A DNA stretch of 64,000 nucleotides from Lama glama. Lineage: Eukaryota. The stretch spans positions 20,958,001 through 21,022,000 of the forward strand of contig CM052817.1 of assembly GCA_028534125.1 (NCBI GenBank). Direction: 5' to 3'. Below the pieces are notes generated by a model. It did not search any database, was not told where the DNA came from, and saw nothing but the letters and a program-made list of their open reading frames with translations. Positions within the stretch are counted from its first letter, which is position 1. Each line of letters begins with the position of its first letter. A program made the position numbers and the translations under genes. Positions 35,863 through 48,939 of this stretch are shown here, piece by piece.

Positions 35863-36119
35863 ATCCTTGCTGAGCATTTGTAACATAGAGTAGGTCTGAG
35901 AGTTTCCTAAATGCACCAAGCTCACTCTTGTCTCCTTGCCTTTTTCTTTACCTCAAACAGCCTTGCCTTCAGCTCTCGTCTACCTGGCTAACTTCCAATT
36001 ATTTTCAAGATTCAACTGTAAATGTATGTCTACCACTAGGAACCCTCTCTCACCTAACTCTCTGTGTCAAGACCTCTAATGATCCCACAGTATTTCCCTT
36101 CGATCCTCACTAAAAAATG

Positions 36120-36410
36120 TCCTGATTTTTCTGTGTGCAAACACCTTCTAGAATAAAGAGTAGATTTCCCAAACTCCTTTCAAGGCAAGAGAGGTCATGT
36201 TATGATATTTGAATGAAAAATATGCAAGCAGACAAGTCTCTTGTGAGTTCTTCAAAGTTTCTTTCAGTTTAACCCTCACTACAAACCTTTGAATTTGAAC
36301 TGGCCCCTCTCAATACATTTATCCTTCTTGTTGGCTAGAATGCAGACATGAAGGCTAGAAACTGAGCAGCCATATTGGGTCACGAGGCAGCAGCCAAACA
36401 TGGAAGAGAA
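36120..36410 (+). mobile_element. MLT1 (I/J-like) LTR fragment
   Basis: ggctagaatgcagacatgaaggctagaaactgagcagccatattg. Confidence 0.6.
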
Positions 36411-36486
36411 GTGAATACTCCACTGTATTCTTTCCCTTGTCTTCCGTGCTTCCGTGCTCCTTAATTTCTAACACTGTCAAACATAC

Positions 36487-36890
36487 TGAATCAATCCAGG
36501 TAAGCCTATGATGGTGACACAAAGTGACCCAACAGTAATTCAGTTTCCTAAACATGATAGAAATTTACTTCTCATTCTTCCAAATAATTTATGATGGAAG
36601 CCCAGATCCAGGGCATACCCTGCAGTCATTGGGTGACCCTGGGGTGCACTTTTGGGTCAAATCCTAGAGCACATGAATCTGTGACAGTTTGACCAACTCA
36701 GTCACAACACACCCATTTCAAGATTTTCCTGGCCAAGACTGAAAGACAGACAAATCCCTTTTGCTTACCATGGTACTTGGCAAATGTGTCACACAGCTAC
36801 ACCCAACTGCAAGGGAAGGTTGCAAATGCAGGATCCACATATACTCAGGAAGAAACAGGGAGGATTTAGGAACCCAGCTAGCAGCCTGCA
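36487..36890 (-). mobile_element. MLT1 (J/K-like) LTR
   Basis: gtcacacagctacacccaactgcaagggaaggttgcaaatg is a reverse MLT1 motif. Confidence 0.65.
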
Positions 36891-36899
36891 GACTGTGTG

Positions 36900-37078
36900 C
36901 TATAGCCTTTTACTTATTTATTTGATTTTAATTTTCTCACTCAGCATTTAACTGAGATCTCCACTAAGGCAGAGAATTTGTTCTTTTTGGTAGTGTTCCT
37001 CCAGTGTCTAGAAAAGCACTAGATACATAGTAGTTACTCAATGGATATTTGTTACATAAATGAATCAATCAATGAATT
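36900..37078 (+). mobile_element. L2 3' end
   Basis: ccagtgtctagaaaagcactagatacatagtagttactcaatggatatttgtt...aatgaatcaatcaatgaat. Confidence 0.8.
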
Positions 37079-38404
37079 CGTACATTGCCTAGATTTTGTC
37101 AATGTTTCTGGCACCTACATACTGGAATTTAGGCATTGTAGGTTTCAGTTTCAGAGTCTAAGAAAATGGATGAACTAATCAAAGGCATTTTAGACACCTT
37201 AGATTTAGAGATGTTTTAATGTTATGGGCTTCTGGGTTGATGTATTATGAAACTAATCCTCTGCTTTAGAACATTCTGAACACTTTTTGATGGGATTTAA
37301 ACTCAGGTGCTTTGATATATCCATTATAAGCAGCCTTTTAAATTGCATTATAACCCTCTGGAAATATATTCTAATTGAATGAAAAATGTTTCATTGTGTT
37401 CTTAATTTATGCTCTCCAGAAAAAAAAATGTTTAGACATTAAACTGCTAATGCTTTGTTTCCCAGAATTGCTATTATTATTTATTATCAGAGTAGACCCT
37501 CAGTAATTTACACTAATAACTGAGAGACTCACTAGAGATTACTGAATTTGGCAGATTAGTTAGTGAACAAATAAATATGAAAAACATCAACAGTGCTGTA
37601 CCATAAAATGTGCTTTATTCATTATTTTGATAAGTGTAGTTTAATTATAATCATCTATGGTAGTGCTTCACAGTATGCTAATAAACACATTGCCATATCT
37701 TATGAAATTAATGAGATCTTAGAAGAAAAATTATTTGCTAAATTTAATCCCAGTTTTTGGAGAAAAGTATAAGTCTGTGATTTAGCATGTTTTGTATTAC
37801 TTTCAGTCCAGGAAACTATATATCATATTATGATATAATTTTAGTCATTCTTGTTGCTTATGGCCTATATCCCCTAATAGAAAATAAGGTTCACAAGAGT
37901 AGATTTGCCTTATTTCACACACATTGTATGTATTATGCACAGATATGTATTTAAGTATATGTTGTGTATGTATATAACACTTTGGAAATATTTCAAACAT
38001 AAATTTCAAAGTCCCATTCAGTTTGAATAAACATTTTGATCTCTGTCTCTGATCACCTGTGCTTTTAGAGGCCATAGGGGGAAAATTAGGTATTTATTTC
38101 CATTGTTAGTAATCTCTGATCACTTCTCTTTTGATATTGAGATACCATGATTGGAAATACTTAAAATAATTGCTAAATTGTAAAAGGGCTGGTCAAAAGG
38201 ACCAAAAAAAGTTTTGATGTTTTGTTTTGTTTTGTTTTCCCTGCAGAGTACTCCAAGCACACCAGTAGCTTTCTATCACACTTGATAATTCCTAGTTTAA
38301 AAAGGAGTAATTGATTTCTGTACTAACCCAGATTTACTGATTGGTTGATTCAGTCAATTGATATTTAAGAGATCACCTGTTCAGCTCTTGTTTAATATAA
38401 ATAA

Positions 38405-38787
38405 ACAGAGAAAAGAAATATACCACATGATATCACTTATATATGGAATAAAAAAACACAAATAAATTTATTTATAAAACAGAAACAGACTCACAGACAT
38501 AGAAAAAAACTTATGCTTACTAGGGTAGGAAGAGGGTGGGATGGGAAAAATTGGGAGCCTAAGATTTGCAGATACTAACACTACTATGTTATAAAATAGA
38601 TAAATAACAAGTTTATACTGTATAGCACAGGGAACTATATTCAATATCTCACAGTAACCTGTAATGAAAAAGAATATGAAAATGAATATATGGATGTATG
38701 TACATGACTGAAACACCATGCTCAACATCAGAAATTAGCACAACACTGTAAACTGACTATACTTCAATTTTTAAAAAATTTAAAAAA
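38405..38787 (+). mobile_element. relatively young L1 3' end, inserted into a reverse L2 (about 38330-39190)
   Basis: acagaaacagactcacagacatagaaaa...gtatagcacagggaactatattcaatatc...ctgtaaactgactatacttcaat plus an A-rich tail. Same family as the 32543 copy. Confidence 0.9.
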
Positions 38788-41779
38788 GAAACAAAGACCT
38801 TTGGCTTCATAGAGCTTGTTTTCTGGTTGGGGACAGACAATAAATGATATATATAATTAAAATAATTACTGGCTATATAGTAATATGTGATGAGATGACA
38901 AATAAAGCAAGGAAGAAAAGAAGTTGTACTGGGGGCAATTGCAGGGAAGGAAGCCAGTGAGAAATGACCTGAAGGGACTGAGGGAGTAAACTGTGCTTCA
39001 GTCTCAAAGAAGAGCCTTCCAGCCAGAGCCACGGCAGGGCACAGGCCCCGAGGAAGGGTCTGTCATGCTGTGTTTGAGCAAACAGGAGTCCAGTGTTACT
39101 GGAAACTAGTGTGTAAGAAGGAAATGAGCAGGAGCTGAGTCAGTGAAATTACTGGAGTCAGAGAGATGGGTGTAAAACCTTATTCATTCTTAGAATACCA
39201 TCATAATTCATAGTTCTCAAATTTCTAAGAGCCCTTGATGTCATACTTGGGAGGTGGGCGGGGTGTGTGTAGAATTCAGCTTTACACAGACTTGAGACAC
39301 ACAAGGAATCTCACAAGGTAATAATAAGAAACAAAGGCTTCCTTTGGGTGACTTTCAAATCCTCAGCGCTACTTTGCTATAAATGTTATTAATTTTTTCA
39401 GTTGTTTCTAGAATTAGTAGTACATATTTTCTAAAGTCAGACAGACTAGAAAGCCAGATTTACAAACTAAACTGGCATATTAAAGAGTAAGATTTGTTCA
39501 AAACAATTATCTTACCAAAGAATCAAGGTTTACAATCAACTTAGTTAAAATATATAACATTATTTTATGATTGTATTTTCACACAAGGTAGGGAAAAACT
39601 TCTTAATTTCTAAAGTCAGATCATATGGCAGAGAATAATGAATTAAATTATACCAAAGTTAAAGACTTCTGTCTTATAAACACTAAACGTAAGAGAAGAT
39701 GGCAAAATGAGAGAAGACATTTACAATTTTAAAAATCTTTAAGGTCTTGCTATCGTATGTATCAGCAACAAGAAGAAACATCAATCCTAATAGAAAAATG
39801 TGTGAAAAATAAGAACAATGTAATTTATGTAAGTATGGCAATCTACGGGAAAAGAAACAAAATGTTAATACGATTTTGAAGAAATGCTTAGAATGCTTGG
39901 AAATCAGAGGTATGAAATTTATGTTATGATGGAGAAGACCTATTAAGCTACTAGAGCAGCAAAAATTAGGAAACTAGATGGTACCATATATATTCATGTC
40001 CTACTGCTGAAGATGCAGGCTTGTGAAGAAATTTTGAATAACCTAGTACATCTACTCATATCCATGTAAGTTTATTGTAGAAATTCCAATCATGAATTTA
40101 TATCCTGAAGCAGTTTTTTCATATTTCACAGGAGGACGGATAGGAAAACGTTTATGGCATTAATATCTGATAAGACACACGTCTTATATAGCCACCACTG
40201 GATGCATATCATGGAGTAACGTGTACAAATTTGAAGCAACTATGTAGCAACTTGGATGTATATTTTTAAAAAATAATACTGAATGAATACAAAATGGAAA
40301 ATTACAGTAACATTTATGGAATTATAAAGTTATTTCCATTGAAACCAATACTCATTTTTCAAGAACACATGTAAATAGGAGGAGTACATGGAAGTGAGAT
40401 ATGGTAGCTAGAAAATATTTTTTAATTACTATTTTATTAAGTATGTATCATTAAATGCTACCTAAAAAGATAGCTAATGAACTGTCAGCCATAACAGATT
40501 TACAAATTTGTCTTATTCATAGAACCCACCATGACATTTTTGCTTTTACAATATAATGTTTTGTGTACACACATAATTTATCTAAATATTTACAAAAATT
40601 TCAATATATTAAAGAAGATCATTACATTAACATAATAAAGGAGATAAATTGACTTTTGTTCATTGCAATATGATCATGTTTAAAAGCAAATTTAAAAATA
40701 AAATAGTCTAAAATTGATAAATACTATCTATTAGAAGCTTATAGAAAATACATTTTTATGTTTTAACCTCAGAATTACCCCAGTAACAAGAAGGTTTCTT
40801 AGTGTGACTATTCTTCACAATTTTACTAGTAATCATATTCATTGCAATAAGACAAGAATAAAATAAGAAAAAATAATCAATAATTATAGATTATCTCTAT
40901 TTCAGTAGATTACTTGGGCATTCAATTAGTAACTCATCTTCCTCACCTGACTGCTGAAGACGTTGAGAGAGAAACAGGAATGTAACAGATTGAGAGAGAA
41001 ATATAGCACATTTACTACCAAGAAAATTGATACTGGAGAATGGTGGATGGTGGTTCTAATTGCAGTATATGCCATTGCTTTTGCAGAAACTCAGAAATAG
41101 ATTTACACACCTTGTCAGAAGTCATGCTCTGCTCTGCTTGGGCAGAGCTTATACCTTGAGTTTACCAAGTGACTAAGTGCAATTAAGGGAAACACTGTGT
41201 ATATGAATATGTATGTATATACTCTCTCTCAAGAGAAATCAACTAATATATGACACACATTTTCTTTTTCCAAACTTATCACACAGATTAAGTTATTTTT
41301 CCCCTGCAAATGAAAGAATAAGAGGCCAAAGGAAGTCCAGGAGTGTTATTCTGGAAGAGCCACTTGTAAATGGAAGGACATATTTTCAGAGAAAAGAAGA
41401 TATTCTCCCTAAAAATTGTCTCCTTATTTTAAAAAAAAATCAACGTATTCAAATAAGACAGTAAAAAAAGTTATGAAAATATGGGCAGATACGAGTGGTA
41501 GATATAGAAAAACATCTTGATACTGGCTATAAATTTAAAAACATAGTGAAAATAAAAGGGCCTATTCATAATAGCACAAAAGCTGTAAAATATCTAGTAA
41601 TGGACTGATAAGTCTAGGCTAGAAATACATAAAATTTTATTAAAGAATATAAAGTGACCCAAATGATATTATACCGTTTCCTTGTATAAGAAAATTTAAA
41701 ATTGTAAACATGTGAATTGTCTTCAAATTAATCTATACTTAAATATAATCCCCAAGCTATTTCCAATAGGTTCATTGTG

Positions 41780-42087
41780 TGACAACTGACAGATTTGCCT
41801 TCCTATCTAGTGGACGGGTAAATGTTCACAGGCTGGAAACTCAGCAGGAGCTGATGCTGTAATCTGAAAGTATTCTCTGCAAAACCTTAGTTTGTACTCT
41901 TAAGTCCTTCAACACTTGCATGAAACCTGCCACACTTTAGAGGATAATCTCCTCTACTTAAAGGCAATTAATTTATAGATGTTAGCCACATCTTCAAAAA
42001 AGTTTTAGAGAAACACCTAGATAAGTATTTGATTGAATAACTGGGGACTATAGCCTAGGCACTTGGTGTATGAAATTAACCATCACA
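41780..42087 (-). mobile_element. MLT2 (ERVL) LTR
   Basis: gaggataatctcctctacttaaag...gattgaataactggggactatagcctagg...aaattaaccatcaca. Confidence 0.8.
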
Positions 42088-42539
42088 TCTTATAAAGAGA
42101 AAGGGACTCAGAATAGCCATAAATATTTTGAGGAATGAATAAAGACAAGGCATTTTTTTCATCTCATGTAAATTCTTATGGAATATAACACTATTGTGTT
42201 GGGTACAAATAGACAAGTAATTAGTGAGATAACAGAATTAATAATATATGATGTTATAATACATGATTTCAAAACAATGGATAAGAGATGGACTATTCAA
42301 TGAGTGTTATTGGAATAATAAAATATATTATATTGATATGTCATAATAATATGATATATTTATGTTATATAATAGGAAATACATCAGTATATTATATTAA
42401 TATAATACTTTATATATGGCATTTTAAATTGTATATATGAAGAAATACTCCTGATTAAATACGGTCTCTATATAATATACAAAAATAAAGCTGTAAACTT
42501 CAAAATGAAAATGGACTTTAAATGAAAGTGTGAAGTAAT

Positions 42540-42966
42540 TGTAGTCACACTAGATTACATATTTTAAGTTCTTCCTTCTCTACCTGTCTTTGTCTTGATT
42601 TTGGTGTTGGCAGTATGTACTTACCTGATCCATTGTATCTGAATAGATCATGTGACTTGATTTTGTCAATGGAAAATTAGCGGGAAAAATATGAGCAAGG
42701 GTTTTACACGTGATTGTTCAATTTCTTTCCTGCTTCTGCATCTACCACGGGAAGAACATGTTCAGGGAAACTTTGACTCTAGAAGGAAGAAATACTTAGA
42801 GTAGGTTTGAACCTAATCTATAACTTAGAACAAAACAAATGAATCACAGGTTAATTTAGCAGGATTCCTGCTGACTCACAGACCCATGTGCATGAAAAGT
42901 AAATGTGCCTGAGATTGTGAAGGTGTTTGTAGCATAGATTTATTACTGTAGTAGTGAATTGATACA
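42540..42966 (+). mobile_element. MLT1 (H/I/J-like) LTR
   Basis: catgtgacttgattttgtcaatggaa, and a terminus ...gaattgataca. Confidence 0.65.
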
Positions 42967-43756
42967 TTATAGAAAATATTAAAGAATGTATGTGTGTTTG
43001 TGTTTGAGCTTTACTTACAGAATAAAGAATGCTTTTCTAAGCCAAAAAGTAAAAACAAAGCAAAGACAAAATAATATTTACCTTTTTACAGATATAAATA
43101 TCAATGAAATAAAATAAAAATCAAGTCAAAATGATGAAATAGGCAATGAAGAACTATGTAACATACACAGAAATAAATTGATAGGAAACACAAAGAAATC
43201 CTGTTTTCAAAGAGAAAATGACAGAAAAGGAAAAATTGTCAAAAACAGTAAGATAAATGCAGAATTATTAGCAGAGAAAATGTATTAAATATTCTCATTT
43301 TGTGATACTAAACATTTGTATTATAAAACAAAAATAAAATACTTCCATTTTTCCTTCAGAATGGCAAAAATAAAATAAAATGAAAATAAGTTTTAACAAA
43401 GTTAAAGAGAGATAGAAGCATTTATCTGTCTGGGAAATATTAATTTTATAGTAATTTGGACTATCTATTTATATATTTAAATAATATACATCTGATCTAG
43501 CAATTTTATTTCTAAAAATGATCCTACCAAAGCCTTAGTATTTATGCTTAGAAATTTTATACAAAGGGGTTTATATTGTGTATCAGAGTAAAGCAATGGA
43601 AACAATATAGATGTACATCAATTAATAAATGATTTTTTAAAGACACAATCCCCATTGATTTACTGTAAGCAAGTTATGTAAGTTGTTACTTCTTTGAATG
43701 AAAAGAAGAAACAATTAATATGGTACTGACTGGTAAGAATTTCTTTTGCATTAACA

Positions 43757-44300
43757 TTTTTTTAAAAAATATATTGAACTATAGCTGCTGTATAATACTG
43801 TATAAGCTACAGGTGTACTATATAGTGATTCACAATTTTTAAAGATTCTACTCCATTTATAGTTATTATAAAATATTGGCTATATCCCCATGTCGTAAAA
43901 TATATCCTTGTAGCTTATATTATACATAATGGTTTGTACCTTTCACTTCCCTACCCCTATATAGTACCCCCTTCCCTCTCCCCACAGGCAACCACTAGTT
44001 TGTTCTCTATATCTGTGAGTCTGCTTTTTTTGTTATATTCACTGGTCTGTTGTAATTTTTAGGTTCCACATATAAGTGATATCATACAGTATTTGTCTTT
44101 CTCTGTCTGACTTACTCCACTTAGCATAATGCCCTCCAGATCCATCCATGTTGCTGCAAATGGAAAAATTTCATTCCTTTTTTATAGCCGAGTGATATTC
44201 TAGTGTGTGTGTGTATATATATATACACACAAACACCCCTCATCTTCTTTATCTACTCATCTGTTGACAGACATTTAGATTACTTCCATATCTTAGCATT
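43757..44300 (-). mobile_element. L1 3' end (cetartiodactyl/laurasiatherian type)
   Basis: ccactagtttgttctctatatctgtgagtctg...ttccacatataagtgatatcatacagtatttgtctttctctgtctgactt. Possible TSD TTAACATTTT / TTAGCATTTT. Confidence 0.9.
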
Positions 44301-44304
44301 TTTA

Positions 44305-44500
44305 ATTAATTATTTTTCCAGCCTTACTGAGATATAGTTCACTCAACACGGTGAGTTTAAGGTGTACAATATGCTGATTTGATACATTTATGGATTGCAA
44401 AATGATTACTACCATAGTCTTAGCCACCACCTCCATCCTGCACAGAGTTACCAGTTCTTTTTTTGTACTGGGACATTTAAGATCTACTCTCGTAGCAAGT
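44305..44500 (-). mobile_element. L1MA9-like 3' end
   Basis: gtttaaggtgtacaatatgctgatttgatacatt...aaatgattactacc...catttaagatctactctc. Confidence 0.8.
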
Positions 44501-44659
44501 AAATGTTTAATTATGGCATATCTAACATTACAATGTCTGGTGCAGAGTGCACGTTCAATAAAAATCAGTGATTATTATAAATCAATAAAAATAAGCCAGT
44601 AAATTAGGCTTAATTGATTAATAAATATTTGGTTTACTATTTGTGAACATGAGTTTAAG

Positions 44660-45095
44660 TAAAGTTTAAAATCTTATTTTCTCTATTGAAACCCTTCCTG
44701 AATTGATTTGTACATTAAATGTGATCACAAATAAAATCCTACAAGGCTTTTTTTGCAAACATTGACAAGCTGATTCTGAAATTTGTAGAGAAATGCAAAA
44801 GATCTGGAATAGCCCAATAACTTTGAAAGAAAGGGGTCGAAGTTGGAAAAACTTATATTATCCAATTTTAGCACTTATTGCAAAACTAAAGTATTAAAGT
44901 GTAGTGACAGACAATAAATGAGACAGAAGAGTCCAAAACTAGACTTACATATATCTGATCAATTGATTTTCAACAAAGTGTGCACAATTGAATGGCTAAA
45001 GCATAGTCCTCAAAAAACGATATTAAAACAATTGGCTAGTCATATGCAAAAAAAATATTTTCAATCTATTCCTCGCATTATATAAAATTCAAAAG
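44660..45095 (+). mobile_element. L1 ORF2 fragment
   Basis: attgacaagctgattctgaaatttgtagagaaatgcaaaaga...caattgattttcaacaaag. Confidence 0.8.
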
Positions 45096-46399
45096 CCAGG
45101 TTATTCCCCATTTTAAAACATTACTATTGTAATGGTCCCAGTTTGAATGGAATCTTTATTATGATTTTGTTACTGAGATGTTCCAGTTGGTACAATGAGG
45201 GAAAAAAAGAGGAGCAAGACACCCCACAGTTTTATTTTACTTTTATTATTTGTTTTTATGAAGCCTGAGAGAAGTAATAGTGAGATATTGAGAGCAGTGC
45301 CCTGATCATTCCATCACTGGTATAAAGAAGAAACAGCTTCTACAGCACGAGCCATACCAAAAATTATTAAGGGAGTCCCTGAACCTGTACAAGAGATTAA
45401 GCTTGAATATCAAAAGTTACTCTCAGTTACCACCAAGATGCAGCAGGGAACACAGCTGACTGATTACATGGTCACATAGTAGGAACTCCTCTGTCCTAAG
45501 AACCCAGTTATAAAAACTGACAGAAACATGGTTTTTTAATTGAGGAAGGTGCAGCTGAATTAGAAAAGGCAATTAAGTTCCAAAATAAAAGTACACATTT
45601 GCTAAAGAATGCTAGTCAGCAGTTTGAACTCAAAATTTACATGAGGTGGAAACTGACAGCAACTCTGTGAAGTGACAAAACCTCTAAGCAGGTGTAAACC
45701 GTGTGTCACAAGCCTCCAGACTTCTCTGGCAAGCATGTTTCTGCGGGACCGTGCAGTTTTACCAGCGGCACTGGAAGAGGTTGCAGATGCCATCTTAAGT
45801 GAAAGAAAAAGACAGACTTCGGCTTTTCTAAAAATAATTTGAAGGAAGTATATACTGCAGAGATTTTTCCCCTCCCATCCCCCTGTCCCTCCTGCTTTTG
45901 AAAGAGGAAAATTTATACATTATGAAGACATTTTCGGAACAAGTCTCTAAAGATGTTTGGTTTTGTAGCATAGATTTAAAATATTTAGTGTATTGGTTTA
46001 TTTTCTCTTAACTGAGTGACAGGAGAAATTAATACTTGCGTATTTACACTTGGAACTCAGGAATACTTTTTGCACCTCGGTACTCTTTTAGACTCCGAAT
46101 AGTCTAGGAAAACTACAATTTTGTGATTCCCTATGAACACTGAAGGCTCAGAAAGTATCTCTATTTTGCCCACATTCACCACTGCATCTACGGTCCTTTA
46201 TAACATTAGCAACATTTCAGCCATATGCTCATTCTGACTGAAGAACACTTCATAAAACATCATACACATAAACATCATAGTAACAATGCAAAATTAAAAA
46301 ATTTAAATTAAAATTTTCCTGAAGCTTTCAACTTTTAAACATAAATGGTGTGTATTTCAGACCTCATTAATTTCAAATATTTTCAAAGATGAAAATCGC

Positions 46400-47870
46400 A
46401 ATAATACGGTAAACAGCCTTTGAGGTTAAAAGAACGTTAGATGGTATCACTTCTACCATTCCTGGCTGCTGTCTTCTACCAATCAGTACATTGCTTCTAT
46501 GTTTACTTAAAATTCTTTGGCACCTGGCCTTATGAGCTCCCCCATTACCTTAATTCTTACCATCATCTTAGACAACATTAAGACATTTTTTAAATTTTTT
46601 CTTAATCTAGATTTATCTATTTTACCTTTAAAAATTGAGCTCTGCGCATCAAAGCTGGTGATGACAGTTTTCCATTTTCCTCCTTGCCTCATGTGTTATT
46701 CCTAGAAGACTGTGTCTTTGGCATCAGTGGGAATTTCTTTACCTTGGCTTCTTTACTTTATCCTTTTTCTGAGTTCTTCCAAGCTTTACATTGGTCTTTA
46801 TTAATCCTGGACACTTTGATCACTCCCTTGTTTATCCCTCAAGTTCTTTGCTCTGTGGTTTTGATCACAATCAGCCCACAGAAATTTTGTTCAGGATTCA
46901 TTTTCCTGCACTCTCTCCTCCTGTATTTGACATCCTAACGCAGCCAGCACAAAATAATCATATAACCTCGAATTTTGCTAATAGAAGAAATCCATCATTT
47001 CCTGTCTTATCTGAGCCGTAAAAGCTTTTAAGGAATTGTTTCATTTTCTCCCACTCACCTGCCTCTCTTGTTCTTCACAAAGCAATTTCAAACCTTCCCC
47101 ACTCTCCTCAAATTCCTTGTCCCATCAAAACAAGCTTGATCTCCGTAATAATATCACTACAGTTTTCTAGGTACTCAGTGCCCTGAACAATCTACTAAAC
47201 CCTCTACAGACATCACCGCGTTTTAACCTCTCAATAGGCTGCTGAAGAGGTTTTAATATTATCATTTTACTGAGAGTAAACTAAAGAGTAACGTCGAGGT
47301 TCTGTAATGAATAATAGTTGAATCTTGAATTTGAACTTGCAACCTCATGATCTTAAATGCCACTTCAGCAAAACAAAGAAACAAAAAAGAGTGCCCCTTT
47401 CTTTAGTGAGAATTGAGAATCCATTAGATGAGAACTTCTGTGTTAAATGCATTTGGTTGTTTCTGTTTTGCATTTTCTCCTGATATTGTCAAAGTTGTTC
47501 TGCTTCCTGAGTTTATGAGCCCCTAATCTTTTCCTCTTCTGTCTATGCAGATGCTTCTCTTTTGTACAGTCCATTTTCTCTTCTATGGCTTCAAATCCCA
47601 CCCCCATCCTCTCTATGACATCAAACAATAATGATGTGAATACTAATAATCAAGTTCTATGTTAAAACGTCAAAAGAAAATGATCACTCTTTAAATACTA
47701 TTCTAGGGATCTGGTCCTTACATAGTGAAGTTTTAAAGGGTGATTTATAGTCAATATCCACTCCCCCTTCCATTCCTTTCCCTGTTTTATATGGTAAAAT
47801 TGAGTTCCACTTATTTTTCACTAAAATGGTTTCCACCTGGTCACCAAAAAACTTACTGGAGAATCCCACA
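46400..47870 (+). mobile_element. L2 internal (ORF2) remnant
   Basis: Pyrimidine-rich, degenerate L2-like body that continues at about 48940-49990 after the Tigger and MLT1 insertions. Confidence 0.45.
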
Positions 47871-47877
47871 TAAACCA

Positions 47878-48330
47878 CAGAACTTCCTCCAATCATGATG
47901 GGGTTACATCCTGAAAAAACAATCATATATTCAAAATATCATAAATTGAAAATGAATTTAATACACACTAACCTACCAAGCATCAGAGCTTAGCCTAGCC
48001 TGCCTTAAAAGTGCTCAGAGCCTGCCAACGGGCAAAGTTATCTTAACACAAAGCCTACTTTATAATAGTGTTGAATATCTTATGTAATTTGTTGAATACT
48101 GTACTAAAAGTGAAAAACAGAATGGTTGATGGGTACAGAATGGTTATTAAGTGTTCCCATTGTTTACTCTCATGATTGCTTGGCTGTCTGGGAGCTGCAG
48201 CAGCATTACCAGAGGGTATCACTAGCCCAGGAAAAGATCAAAATCCAAAATTCGAAGTATGATTTCCACTAAATGTGTATCGCTTTCACACCATTGTAAA
48301 GTAGATAAATAGTAAGTCAAAGCCCATCTA
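47878..48330 (+). mobile_element. Tigger4-type (TcMar-Tigger) non-autonomous DNA transposon
   Basis: gatggggttacatcctga...agcttagcctagcctgccttaaaagtgctcaga...ttcacaccattgtaaagt...gtaagtc, with decayed TIRs. Confidence 0.8.
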
Positions 48331-48369
48331 TATTTCTTCATGTTTCTTAAGTACCTTGGAATATCCCCA

Positions 48370-48937
48370 TGCTAGTTTTATATGGCTGTGTAACAAATTA
48401 CAAAAAACTTAGTAACATACTTTTTTTTTATCTTAAAGCAACATTCGTTATTATTTCACAGTTCTGTAGGTCATGAAACTGGGCATGGAATCTCTAAGTT
48501 CTCCAGTCAAGGTCTCACAACACTGAAATCAAAGTGTTGGCCAGACTGTGTTCTCATCTAGAGCTCAGGGTCCGCTTCCAATGTCATCCAAGTTGAAGAG
48601 CAGAGGTGCGTGTTTTCCTACTGGATAATGACTGGAGGTTGTTCTCTGTTCCTAGAGGAAGCACTTACGTCCTAGACATGGGCCTTTCTCTTAAAATAGT
48701 ATCTTTCTTCTTCAAAGCCAGCAGGAGAATCTGCCTCTAGTTTGTTATAGAAATATCTTAGTAAATAATCACAAATAATGATTACATTTGCCCTAAAGTT
48801 AATCTAGCCAGGGAGAGAGGCTACCCCGTCACATTCCTAGGTAGTATCCACATTCAAGAGGAGGAGGTCCAACTGGGAGGGCATTTATATAACCAGCTAG
48901 GAATCCTGGGGGCCAGTTTAGAATTCTACTTACCACA
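48370..48937 (-). mobile_element. MLT1E-like solo LTR
   Basis: ggctgtgtaacaaattac...tttcacagttctgtaggtc...ttagaattctacttaccaca. Confidence 0.8.
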
Positions 48938-48939
48938 GT

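Larger units (their letters stand above)
39400..43700 (+). mobile_element. ancient L1 (L1ME-like) fragments interrupted by MLT2 and MLT1
   Basis: A-rich, with degenerate L1 motifs such as ttaaagacttctgtc, aatcctaatagaaaaatg and ttcaaattaatctatac. Confidence 0.6.

Noticed and set aside
35492..35863. 123-aa hydrophobic ORF with a poly-Tyr tail
   Set aside because: Translation of T-rich L2-like sequence plus a (TAT)n microsatellite.
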